From the IMG/VR virus record IMGVR_UViG_3300044723_010613, positions 1-59,227 of that record: a stretch of 59,227 nt of DNA; one strand, given 5' to 3'. A model generated the notes under the pieces. That model was not told the origin of the DNA and did no database searches. It saw nothing but the letters and a program-made list of their open reading frames with translations. Shown one piece after another: positions 19,108-28,156 of this stretch. Positions within the stretch are counted from its first letter, which is position 1. The number at the start of each line of letters is the position of its first letter. Origin of the DNA: a virus. Lineage: Duplodnaviria > Caudoviricetes. The position numbers and the translations under genes were made by a program.

Positions 19108-19895
19108 AACGTATATACGAATTTACTGTTGATAAGGAAGAAGTTGTAAAAGAAGAAACCGTAGAAAAAAAGAAAGACGGGACTGAGGTAAAAACTTCAA
19201 AAGATGTAAAGAAAAGTGTCCCACATAAATATTTCTTGCGACGACCTAGTCGCGCCATGACTGACGACGCCGAACTATATTATGGTGTCAGACTTGCCGA
19301 AGGAATAAAAGCAGGACTGTTGACGAAAGCCCTTCTCGAAAAAAGATTCGATAATGATGGGGGTATTCGTAATGACAAACAGGACGAACAGTATAAAGAA
19401 GCTCTAGCTACATTAGAAAAACTACATAAGGAGCAGACTAAAATTCTTGAGGTAGAGGAAAAGAAAAGATCCGCCGCTCAAAAGAAAAAACTTAAAGAAA
19501 TCGGCGAAGAGATGAAACCAGCTCGAAGAGCTCTCAGGGATCTACAGTTGAAAGAAGATGGTCTTTATGAAGAAACTGCGGAAAGCCGAGCTCGAAATAA
19601 AGTTATTCTTTGGTGGATGCTCCATTTGGCTTATTCGGAGAAAGATGGTACTGAAACCCCATTTTTTGGCGCAGGTTCATTTGATGAAAGACTAGACAGG
19701 TACGATGAAATTGATGAAGGAGAAGACCTTCATGAACTTGTTGTAGCTAGAAAAGTAGCTTATTATGTAAGTTTCTGGTTTGTGGGAAGACCGAATAGCC
19801 AACAGGAATTCCAAGAAATGATTGATATGGCTCTTAAGATTGATGAAGAAGAAAGTAAAGCTGCCGAAGAAGAAGCAAAAAAAGATGAGTCTTAA
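19104..19895 (+). CDS. Putative tail assembly chaperone
   Basis: Between tube and TMP; charged and helical. Confidence 0.55.
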   Translation: MKRIYEFTVDKEEVVKEETVEKKKDGTEVKTSKDVKKSVPHKYFLRRPSRAMTDDAELYYGVRLAEGIKAGLLTKALLEKRFDNDGGIRNDKQDEQYKEALATLEKLHKEQTKILEVEEKKRSAAQKKKLKEIGEEMKPARRALRDLQLKEDGLYEETAESRARNKVILWWMLHLAYSEKDGTETPFFGAGSFDERLDRYDEIDEGEDLHELVVARKVAYYVSFWFVGRPNSQQEFQEMIDMALKIDEEESKAAEEEAKKDES

Positions 19896-19898
19896 GAT

Positions 19899-20894
19899 GT
19901 GGAAGATGCAAGTTTAAAGGTTGTTTTCTCTGAGATATTAAGAGGTTTTACCTTAGTCGATTCTCATGATTATGGAAAGATTCGGGTAAAGCATTTTACT
20001 AATTTCGATTCTGCCGAGTTAGATATTAAAAACAAGCTGTTCCTTGATAAAGCTGTAAATCAAGGTCTGCCGACTCGAGATGATCGAATAAAATATCTAT
20101 TAGAAGAAAATATTTGGACTGAGAAAGAAAATAAAGAAATTTTACAGTCTAAAAGTATGCTGGCAGGGCTTAGAAACTCTAAAGGTAAAGTTTTCTTGCA
20201 GTCTCATATCAATCAACTTAATGAGCAAATAACAAACGAGCAGCTAAAGCTAGCTCAATTAGAAGCAAAAAAAGAAGAATTAATAGGATTTTCCGCCGAA
20301 AACTATGCTTCCCGTAGGATTAATGAACATTACATGTTTAATGCTATCCTGAACGAGGATGGCGAAAAGTTATTTAGTGAAGAGGATTTTGAAGATCTTG
20401 ATGAAAGCACACTGATCGATTTAATAGGTATTTATAATAGAAGTACTAAAAAATTCAACTCCGAAAGTCTTAAAAAAATATCCCTTTCCGGTTTTTTTAC
20501 CAATTTATTTTATCTCTGTGAGGACAATGCTCATGTTTTCTTTGGAAAACCTTTGGTTGAGCTAACTTTTTACCAAATAGAGCTTTTTGGCTACGCAAGG
20601 TACTACAAGAGCTTAATGGAGAATTCTGAGAGTAAAGTCCCAGATGATATAAGACAAGATCCTGAAAAAATTGTTGAGTGGTTTAGTTCAACAAAAAGCG
20701 CCAGAGAAACCCTTGAAAAGTCTAAAAACGCAGGTCAAGACGGTAGTGCTACATCTTTGGTTGGTGCTACAAAAGACGACTTAAAGCGTCTCGGACTAGA
20801 TAATCCTGACGAGACTATAAACCTAGCCAAAAAAGCTGCAGAAAAAGGCGGAAGACTTAATATGGAAGATATGATGAAACTTCACGGCATGTAG
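19899..20894 (+). CDS. Putative second tail assembly chaperone
   Basis: GTG start, in frame with the upstream ORF; directly before the TMP. Confidence 0.5.
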   Translation: MEDASLKVVFSEILRGFTLVDSHDYGKIRVKHFTNFDSAELDIKNKLFLDKAVNQGLPTRDDRIKYLLEENIWTEKENKEILQSKSMLAGLRNSKGKVFLQSHINQLNEQITNEQLKLAQLEAKKEELIGFSAENYASRRINEHYMFNAILNEDGEKLFSEEDFEDLDESTLIDLIGIYNRSTKKFNSESLKKISLSGFFTNLFYLCEDNAHVFFGKPLVELTFYQIELFGYARYYKSLMENSESKVPDDIRQDPEKIVEWFSSTKSARETLEKSKNAGQDGSATSLVGATKDDLKRLGLDNPDETINLAKKAAEKGGRLNMEDMMKLHGM

Positions 20895-20904
20895 TGAAAA
20901 AATA

Positions 20905-20910
20905 GTGTAA
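20905..20910 (+). promoter_or_regulatory. Putative late-promoter motif GTGTAA
   Basis: aaaaaatagtgtaatatt, 20 nt before the TMP ATG. Confidence 0.6.
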
Positions 20911-20924
20911 TATTCCTTAGGAAT

Positions 20925-23900
20925 ATGGCTAGGGATCAAATAGAAGTCGATTTATTATTAAACGCTAAGAAAGCGGAAGCCACGATTAAGCAGATGAATC
21001 GTGAGCTAAGTAAAATGGGTAAAACCATGGGACAAGCTTTCTCTGGCGCTGGTGGTGGTGCGGGTAACAAAGTTAGAGCCCTCGGCACCGGTCTGTCCAA
21101 AGCTACAGTTCGCGCAGACGAATTCAGCAAATCCCTAGAAGCTTCCAATGCTCGTGTTATAGCTTTCGGCGCTTCAGCAGGATTAATCATGAATGTCGAC
21201 AGAGCTATGCGAGCTATGGTTAAAACTACCATTCAGGTGGAAAAAGCCATGGCTGACGTAAATGTCGTCATGAATGTTTCCACTAAGCAGCTTGATCAGT
21301 TCGGTAAAGGAATGTTCAAAGTTGCTAAAGATACCGCTCAAGGATTTTCCACAGTTGCAGAAGCTTCTACTGAATTAGCTCGTCAAGGTTTGGGGATGGA
21401 AAAAACCCTAGCTAGAACCAAAGATGCTCTTATCCTGACTCGACTTACAGGAATGAACGCGGCAGATGCTGTGAAATCACTTACTGCTGCTGTAAACTCA
21501 TTTAGTAAAGAAGGAGCAACCTCTGCTCAAGTTGTTAACAGAATGGCAAAGGTTGATGCTCAGTTTGCTGTGAGTTCTGAAGACTTAGCTAATGCAATCT
21601 CTCGAGTTGGAGCTTCTGCTCAATCAGCAGGAGTAAGTATGAATGAGTTGATGGCTATAACCACAGCCGTTCAGCAAAGGACTGCTCGTGGTGGTGCAGT
21701 TATTGGTAACGCATTTAAAACTATATTTACCCGTATTCAGCGTTCTGAAGTCCAACAGAAATTAGAAAATATAGGTGTGGCTACCCGAAACATGAATGGA
21801 GAAATGTTGTCTGGTATTCAAGTCCTGCAAAACTTAGCTAATAATTTTAATAACCTAACTAAATCTCAACAAGCATCTACAGCAGAAAGTGTCGCAGGAG
21901 TATTTCAGGTTAATATTTTAAAATCTGCATTGGCTGATTTGTCCCAACAAAATTCTGCTTATGCTGGGGCTTTAAGAGCAGCAAATACTGCTACTGACGA
22001 AGCTTATCGTAAAAATGAAAAACTTAATCAAACATTAGACTCTTTAGTTAATAAAACCATGGCTAACCTAGTTCAAGCTGGGTCAGCTTTGGGAGGGAAT
22101 ATTTTTGGCCCTGCTATTAGTAATGTTTTAAACACTGTAAATTCTACTATAGAAGCCTTTAGTGAAGGCGGTAAGTTTGAGAGTTTTGGCGAAGGAATAG
22201 GTAAAAATTTAGTTAAAGGTATAGGTAAATTTATAGGTGGTCCCGGTTTAATTATAGCTACTGCAGTGTTTGGTAAATTAGCCTTAAGTTTGGGTAAATT
22301 TGCCACCACAGCTTTTAAAGATATAATGGGTATAAATAACGCTGTTAAACAGAGAGCGGCGTTAGAGGAAATTGTTGTAAACACTTTAGCCAGTGAACCT
22401 GCCCTATTACAAAAAGTTAAAATGGGAACATTAAGTGTTCTCGATGTCGAAAAACAAATACTTGCTACAATAAAGCAGCAGCAAGCTGAAAGAGCTGCGT
22501 TAAAGGGGTATGGAGGAGCTATCGCAGGTTCCTTGTACCAAAGGGGAACTCGCGTTGGCTCTAGCGGTAGAGCCTTTAGTAGAGGTATGGGTAGAATGGG
22601 TAGGGCCTCTGGGTTTGTACCGAATTTTGCTAACCCTAATGTAGAAAGAGCGGCGGCAGCGGCGGGAGGATATACTGCCGGAGCAATCAAAACGATGAAT
22701 CAGCCCGGTGCTGGTACCATGATGTACAACTCTGCGGAAACTGTTAAACAGTTCCCCGGTATGAGTCAAAAGGCTATAATGCCTCCAAAAAATAGTCCCG
22801 CTGGAGCAGGATATAAGTCAGCTTTCGGCGCTGCACATGGTTTTGATCCTTATGCTGCTGAAGGATTTATCCCCAATTTTGCTCCCCGTCTTAGTAAAGA
22901 TCTACTTAGAGCTGGGACTATTAGAAAATCTAGAGCAGGGAGTCGTTTAAATAAAAGATACGATATTCCCGCCAGTAATATTGGGGTTCTGTTAGGTTTT
23001 GGCGCATCTGGGATGGATCAGAAAAAAGATTTTTCCGCAAATGCAAGTTCATTATCAGGTCTATCTAAAACACCTTTAGGAAAAATTTTAACAAAAGAAA
23101 ACGCTAAGATTAATTTAAAAGGAGTAAGGGTAAGAAGTTTTCTTTCAGGTAGTAGCGAGGACAGAGCTGAAAAGCATTTTGAATCAACTCTAAACACTAA
23201 TCTGAAGTCAGGAATAGGTACTCTGTCAAAAAATATAATGTCCCAACTCGGTATAGAGGGCAATCCGGGAAGGATGGGGCGTCTTAGTAAATCCTTACAA
23301 GGAGAGGTGTTTGAAGAATCTATGAGGATGGCTATGAAAGCTGCAGTAGCAATTCCCGGTGCAGCTTTCGATTTCGAGGCAGGCGCTAAACCTTCTGTTG
23401 CGATGTCAAAAATATTTGGTCAGCCAATTCTTCGTATAGATGCGAAAAGAAGACTTTCGTCTGCTGGTGCTGGAGAAATGCCAAAAAAATATTTCAATGA
23501 TCCTGTAACACGAGATATGGGTATGGCAGCAATATCTAGTCAAATGGGAGGTAGAAAACTAAAAGCTCTTGGTTATGTTCCTAATTTTAGCCCTTTGAGC
23601 TCTTCCATTGCTAGAGAAAGACAAGCGGGAATCCCAGCTTCAAAAATTAGAGTAGGATCTAGTCCTGCTTTACGTTCTTCTGGAAATCCTTCTGGTTTAG
23701 GTGTTTATAACACGATAGACGAACCAAGAGGTTTAAATCAGGGCATTAGTAGATCTAGATCGATGGGGATTAATCCTAAGAGTCATGGAGCGGCAGAAGG
23801 ATTTGTACCTAATTTTATGATGGACGTCGGGATAAGAGGCGTAGCTAGCATGGCGCAAAAAAGTGGTATGTTTAGCGGAATGGGTAGCAAGGCAAAGGGG

Positions 23901-26900
23901 CTATACGGAAGCGTCAATAAAAAACTTCAAGGTGGCGGTATGGGACTTGGTTTTGCTGGTATGGGAGCAGGAACCACGCTAATGGGGGCATTCGATAACC
24001 CATTAGGTCGTATAGCAGGATCAGCATTAACAGGGATAGGAGGAGGTCTTCCGGGGGTGCTCGCCATGGGTGGAGTTGGTATCTTGTCTGAAGTATTTAC
24101 TGCTTTAAGTTCTACCAGTGAAGACGCTTCGGAAAAATTAAAAGAACAAATTGCAGCTCAGAAAGAAGCTAACAATACAGCTAAAGAATCTGCTGTGGCT
24201 TTTGGTGAAGTCGCTGAAAGTTTATCAGCGGCTGAGTTTGTAACCCGTAAAGAACAGGTAATTGGGGATTTGTCCAAGGCTTTTCCAAGCATGATAGGAT
24301 CTAAAGAGTATAAAGATTTACTAAAGGCTAATAAAGGTAATTTTGGTCAGGTTAGTTCCGCTTTTACAGAACAGGGAGAAAAAGTTCAAGCTTTTCAAAA
24401 TGTTGCAAACATTTCGAATTTCAAAGGTATGGTGCGTCCACAGTCAGTCGGAGGCGGTGGGATAGACGATGCACTTTACGGAGGTGAAGGGTATCTGAAA
24501 ACAGTTTTAGGTTTGGAATCTGGAGCTGGAAAAACTGCAGCTGATGAACTTACATCTAAATTAGAGGGCACCAAATATTCTCCAGAGGGAGTTATAAGAG
24601 ATGTAGTAAAAAGGGGGAATATTCCTTACGCTGCACAATCTGCTAATTTGGGAACTAGTACAGCTTCAGCAGCGGCTGCTATGGGTATGTCAGTAAAAGA
24701 TTATAAGAACTTTAGGAACCCTGTAGAAACGGGCTTGCAAGAACTAGTTAAAGAGGAAGGTGGACTTGAAAAAAGAAACGCAGCTTTAACTGAGTTTAAT
24801 AATAGAATTATAACTCTTTATACGAATGGAGAAATATTATCAAAAGTTCAAGAAGAAGAAGCGAAGCGTCAAAAACAAATAAATGACCAAAAAGGTAAAG
24901 AAAGCCTAGCTCAGTCCGAATACACAAATGTGATCTATGAAGCCATGAAAGCTCAAGCAGAGTACAGAGATAGTGTTTTCGAACTTCAAAGACAATTAGA
25001 TACATTTAAAAGATCTTCAGCTCAAGAGCTCGCAATACTTGGGATAGAGGGTAATTTAAGAACTGGAAGAGCTGGAGCTACGATGACGCAAGCCGGCGCA
25101 GTTGGAGTTAGTAGAGATATAACTATTGAAAGAGCAGAAAAAATTAGTAAAGATGCTGCGGATATAGCCGCGAAAACTTTAGAGATAGATATTAAATCCG
25201 GATTAAAAGATCTTGATGTAGTAAAATTTATTGAAGGCCAAACGTTGGGAGCTCCTGAAGCTAAACGAGCTTTGGATATTTTTACTCAAGCTAGGGAAAG
25301 TATAAAAACTGGAGTAGATGGAAAATCTGCGACAGATGATTTATTAGAGCAGTTAGCTTCCGTTAAAGGGTTGGATTTGTCCGATAGAGTCTTTCAATCT
25401 AGTACTGAAGAGGGTCTTAAAACTTTTTTAGCTTCAGAAAATTTACCGTCAATAATAAATACCCTAAGTACAGCTTACGAAAAACATCAGAGAACTACAG
25501 AGGCAGCTACAGAGACAGAAACCAATGCAATAGCTCTAGCGAAAAAACAATATGAAGTACAGCTAGAGCTACTAAAATTACAGCGCACAATCAATACAGC
25601 TCGGCGTCAAGAAATGCGCGAAATACAAGCTGATATTGCGTCAGCAGAATTTCAAGAAGCAAAAAGATTAGCCGCTACAGGTCAGTTAGGAGCACGAGGA
25701 GTCGGTAGTGCTTATGAAGCTAGTATAAATGCTCAAATAGCTGCGGGTGGAGTAAGATCAGTTAATTTTGGCGGTGTTATGGGTCAAACATTTAAAAATG
25801 AAATGTCTTATGGTGGCGTAGACGCTTTTGAGGACTTCAGAACTGGCGTTAAAGATGTAGCAGGCACAATGAAATCATCTTTTGCCGATGCTTTTCAATC
25901 CATATCAAGCGGCGCTACAACCGTACAAGGAGCTTTAGCTAACATGGCTCAAAGTATTCTGAGCTCGATAAACCAAATGTCCACCCAAATATTTACGAAC
26001 ATGATGTTTTCAAAAATGTTTGGAAATAATTCTCCGGGAAATTTTGCTAAAGGTGGATATGTTCCCGGTTATGCTACCGGAGGTTTAGTAACAGGTGGAT
26101 CTGGCTACAAAGATGACGTATTGACTAAAATGCAAGGCGGAGAATTTGTTATTAAAAAATCTGCTGTCAACAGAATCGGAATAGGCAAACTAAATGCAAT
26201 AAATGGCTATGCAAATGGCGGCTCTACAGGGCCTAGTATGGGTACCATGGGTCTTGTAGCAGGAGTAAGTGGCGCAGCAACTGGGATACTCGGCGCAGCG
26301 ATGCAGGATCGTCCTGATAAACCTTTACCTTCCAGAAACTATGGAATGGGAAGAGGTAGTTTAGGTTATTTAGGTGGAGCAGATCCTGATGGTGGTCAGA
26401 TTGATAGAGCTTCAGGCGGTGGAACTTCAGCTAACGTTTCATTGTCTAAAGGTTTTGTATATTATAGAAGAGACCCAGAGACTGGAAGATTAGTAAGTGA
26501 AAGAGCAAGACCTACTGAAGGAAGATTTGAAGTAAGCAGTGCTTTATCACTAATGGGAAGACTTGACGAAGGCGATCCTCAGACATCAAGGATGTTTGAT
26601 AAGGAGCAGAGAATTGCCAATTATCAAAACTATATAGCTGGAGAAAAAGCAAGTAGAAGAGCTCAAATACAAGCTGTTAAAGATCAGAAAAGATCTCGAT
26701 TAATTGGAGCTTACATGAATGCTGCCATGTTGATTGGTGGAGCTAAACTTTTTGGAGGTGGAGCTGGTACTGCTGGGGAAGATTATGGAGGAGTTGACCC
26801 CGGAGGTGAATTGACCGCTGGTGGTGGATCGTTTAACTCTCTTGATCCCGGTAATGAACTGGGTGGTAACGCTAATGGAGGTTTAGCTAAAGTTATGGGC

Positions 26901-27278
26901 GGCGAATATGTCATGAGCCCACAAGCTGTTCGTACTCACGGTGTAGATTTCATGACAGAACTTAATCGCGGAAATGTTCCTCGTTACGCTTCTGGCGGTT
27001 TAGTTGGTAACCAAACTGGCGGGGTAGCTACCGGCGGTTCAGGATCAGCCATGAGTGGGAACATGACTAATAATGTTAAGATTAATGTTAACATCGATAA
27101 AAGTGGAAAAGCAGAAGCTAGTGCCACTGCCGGTTCCCAGAGTGGTTTAGAGTCATCGAGAGAAGAAAGTGAAGACATTCAGAACAATGCAGATCTAGGA
27201 AAAGCTCTTCAAAGTGTTGTACTCGATGAACTTATAAAACAACAAAGACCGGGAGGCTTGTTACATTCCCAGAGTTAA
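20925..27278 (+). CDS. Tape measure protein (TP901-family core) with extra modules
   Basis: 2117 aa; ELARQG..GNAFKTIFTR..AG core; Ala/Gly-rich helices; C-term F/YAxGG and GGE[FY]V motifs. Confidence 0.9.
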   Translation: MARDQIEVDLLLNAKKAEATIKQMNRELSKMGKTMGQAFSGAGGGAGNKVRALGTGLSKATVRADEFSKSLEASNARVIAFGASAGLIMNVDRAMRAMVKTTIQVEKAMADVNVVMNVSTKQLDQFGKGMFKVAKDTAQGFSTVAEASTELARQGLGMEKTLARTKDALILTRLTGMNAADAVKSLTAAVNSFSKEGATSAQVVNRMAKVDAQFAVSSEDLANAISRVGASAQSAGVSMNELMAITTAVQQRTARGGAVIGNAFKTIFTRIQRSEVQQKLENIGVATRNMNGEMLSGIQVLQNLANNFNNLTKSQQASTAESVAGVFQVNILKSALADLSQQNSAYAGALRAANTATDEAYRKNEKLNQTLDSLVNKTMANLVQAGSALGGNIFGPAISNVLNTVNSTIEAFSEGGKFESFGEGIGKNLVKGIGKFIGGPGLIIATAVFGKLALSLGKFATTAFKDIMGINNAVKQRAALEEIVVNTLASEPALLQKVKMGTLSVLDVEKQILATIKQQQAERAALKGYGGAIAGSLYQRGTRVGSSGRAFSRGMGRMGRASGFVPNFANPNVERAAAAAGGYTAGAIKTMNQPGAGTMMYNSAETVKQFPGMSQKAIMPPKNSPAGAGYKSAFGAAHGFDPYAAEGFIPNFAPRLSKDLLRAGTIRKSRAGSRLNKRYDIPASNIGVLLGFGASGMDQKKDFSANASSLSGLSKTPLGKILTKENAKINLKGVRVRSFLSGSSEDRAEKHFESTLNTNLKSGIGTLSKNIMSQLGIEGNPGRMGRLSKSLQGEVFEESMRMAMKAAVAIPGAAFDFEAGAKPSVAMSKIFGQPILRIDAKRRLSSAGAGEMPKKYFNDPVTRDMGMAAISSQMGGRKLKALGYVPNFSPLSSSIARERQAGIPASKIRVGSSPALRSSGNPSGLGVYNTIDEPRGLNQGISRSRSMGINPKSHGAAEGFVPNFMMDVGIRGVASMAQKSGMFSGMGSKAKGLYGSVNKKLQGGGMGLGFAGMGAGTTLMGAFDNPLGRIAGSALTGIGGGLPGVLAMGGVGILSEVFTALSSTSEDASEKLKEQIAAQKEANNTAKESAVAFGEVAESLSAAEFVTRKEQVIGDLSKAFPSMIGSKEYKDLLKANKGNFGQVSSAFTEQGEKVQAFQNVANISNFKGMVRPQSVGGGGIDDALYGGEGYLKTVLGLESGAGKTAADELTSKLEGTKYSPEGVIRDVVKRGNIPYAAQSANLGTSTASAAAAMGMSVKDYKNFRNPVETGLQELVKEEGGLEKRNAALTEFNNRIITLYTNGEILSKVQEEEAKRQKQINDQKGKESLAQSEYTNVIYEAMKAQAEYRDSVFELQRQLDTFKRSSAQELAILGIEGNLRTGRAGATMTQAGAVGVSRDITIERAEKISKDAADIAAKTLEIDIKSGLKDLDVVKFIEGQTLGAPEAKRALDIFTQARESIKTGVDGKSATDDLLEQLASVKGLDLSDRVFQSSTEEGLKTFLASENLPSIINTLSTAYEKHQRTTEAATETETNAIALAKKQYEVQLELLKLQRTINTARRQEMREIQADIASAEFQEAKRLAATGQLGARGVGSAYEASINAQIAAGGVRSVNFGGVMGQTFKNEMSYGGVDAFEDFRTGVKDVAGTMKSSFADAFQSISSGATTVQGALANMAQSILSSINQMSTQIFTNMMFSKMFGNNSPGNFAKGGYVPGYATGGLVTGGSGYKDDVLTKMQGGEFVIKKSAVNRIGIGKLNAINGYANGGSTGPSMGTMGLVAGVSGAATGILGAAMQDRPDKPLPSRNYGMGRGSLGYLGGADPDGGQIDRASGGGTSANVSLSKGFVYYRRDPETGRLVSERARPTEGRFEVSSALSLMGRLDEGDPQTSRMFDKEQRIANYQNYIAGEKASRRAQIQAVKDQKRSRLIGAYMNAAMLIGGAKLFGGGAGTAGEDYGGVDPGGELTAGGGSFNSLDPGNELGGNANGGLAKVMGGEYVMSPQAVRTHGVDFMTELNRGNVPRYASGGLVGNQTGGVATGGSGSAMSGNMTNNVKINVNIDKSGKAEASATAGSQSGLESSREESEDIQNNADLGKALQSVVLDELIKQQRPGGLLHSQS
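22611..23816 (+). repeat. Four G[FY][VI]PNF peptide repeats in the TMP
   Basis: GFVPNF 22611-22628, GFIPNF 22863-22880, GYVPNF 23571-23588, GFVPNF 23799-23816. Confidence 0.9.
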
Positions 27279-28147
27279 TAATTTCTATTCTCTAAATTGG
27301 ATATTCTTTTTTCGAGCTCGATAAATTTAAGCTCTATCATTTTAATACCCTCGTTGTACATCGCATGAGGGTTGATGGAATCATGAGGTAATATAGGTAT
27401 TTTAGCGATAGGAGAAAAATCAAAAGTCATTTCACACATCACGTTTTCTATAGAGGAGTGATTATAGTCTTTATTTAAAATGATTACCTGTTTTGATAAA
27501 TAGATATTTCCATTTCTGACTCTATTAGGCAGCGAATAAAGTAATTCTATCTCAGTATATCCATCTACAATCTGGACACTCATTATATTTCTTTCAAGGA
27601 CAGATTGAGTTTCTGATTGATCAAATTCAATATCTGCAGTTATGAAGTGCCCTTCTTCATTCATGATCTGAACTGGATTGGAGGGCGGCTCAATATATTT
27701 ACCGGGAGCAGAAATGGACATTTCTAAAATCCTACCTTTAGGGTCTACTTTTTTTACAGTAAATTCAGTATATTCGCCGGTTAAGTTTTTGCTACTGCTT
27801 GAAGCCGTTCCTCCCTGAGCATATATTTTATCTCCGTAGCTGTATTTAAATTTATTCTCTTGCTTTATGTTTGAAACTTCAATAGCTTCATATTCTTCAA
27901 AATCAATATCTAATTTATCCCCAGCAGTAAGACGAAAACTAAAATCTCCTTTTACTCTTAATGATTTTCCTGAACCTTCAAATTTTCTTTTGATATTGAT
28001 AGATTCAAAATTTTCCGCTTGGTAATATATTTCATTATCGCCGATACTTAAAAAAGCTCCGTTTTTACAAACGACTTTTCTTTCGCTGCTAAGATATAGT
28101 CTATTTGTGTCTTTTTTTATTGACGCTTCGAAAATTTCGGGCTTCAT
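27275..28147 (-). CDS. Hypothetical tail-tip operon protein
   Basis: 290 aa, last gene of the minus-strand tail-tip operon; stop overlaps the TMP stop (TTAA). Confidence 0.6.
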   Translation of the reverse strand: MKPEIFEASIKKDTNRLYLSSERKVVCKNGAFLSIGDNEIYYQAENFESINIKRKFEGSGKSLRVKGDFSFRLTAGDKLDIDFEEYEAIEVSNIKQENKFKYSYGDKIYAQGGTASSSSKNLTGEYTEFTVKKVDPKGRILEMSISAPGKYIEPPSNPVQIMNEEGHFITADIEFDQSETQSVLERNIMSVQIVDGYTEIELLYSLPNRVRNGNIYLSKQVIILNKDYNHSSIENVMCEMTFDFSPIAKIPILPHDSINPHAMYNEGIKMIELKFIELEKRISNLENRNY

Positions 28148-28156
28148 ATATTAATT

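Noticed and set aside
19874-19890. -1 frameshift at A AAA AAA making a gpGT-type fusion
   Set aside because: The -1 frame stops at TGA two codons later and the +1 frame also closes quickly
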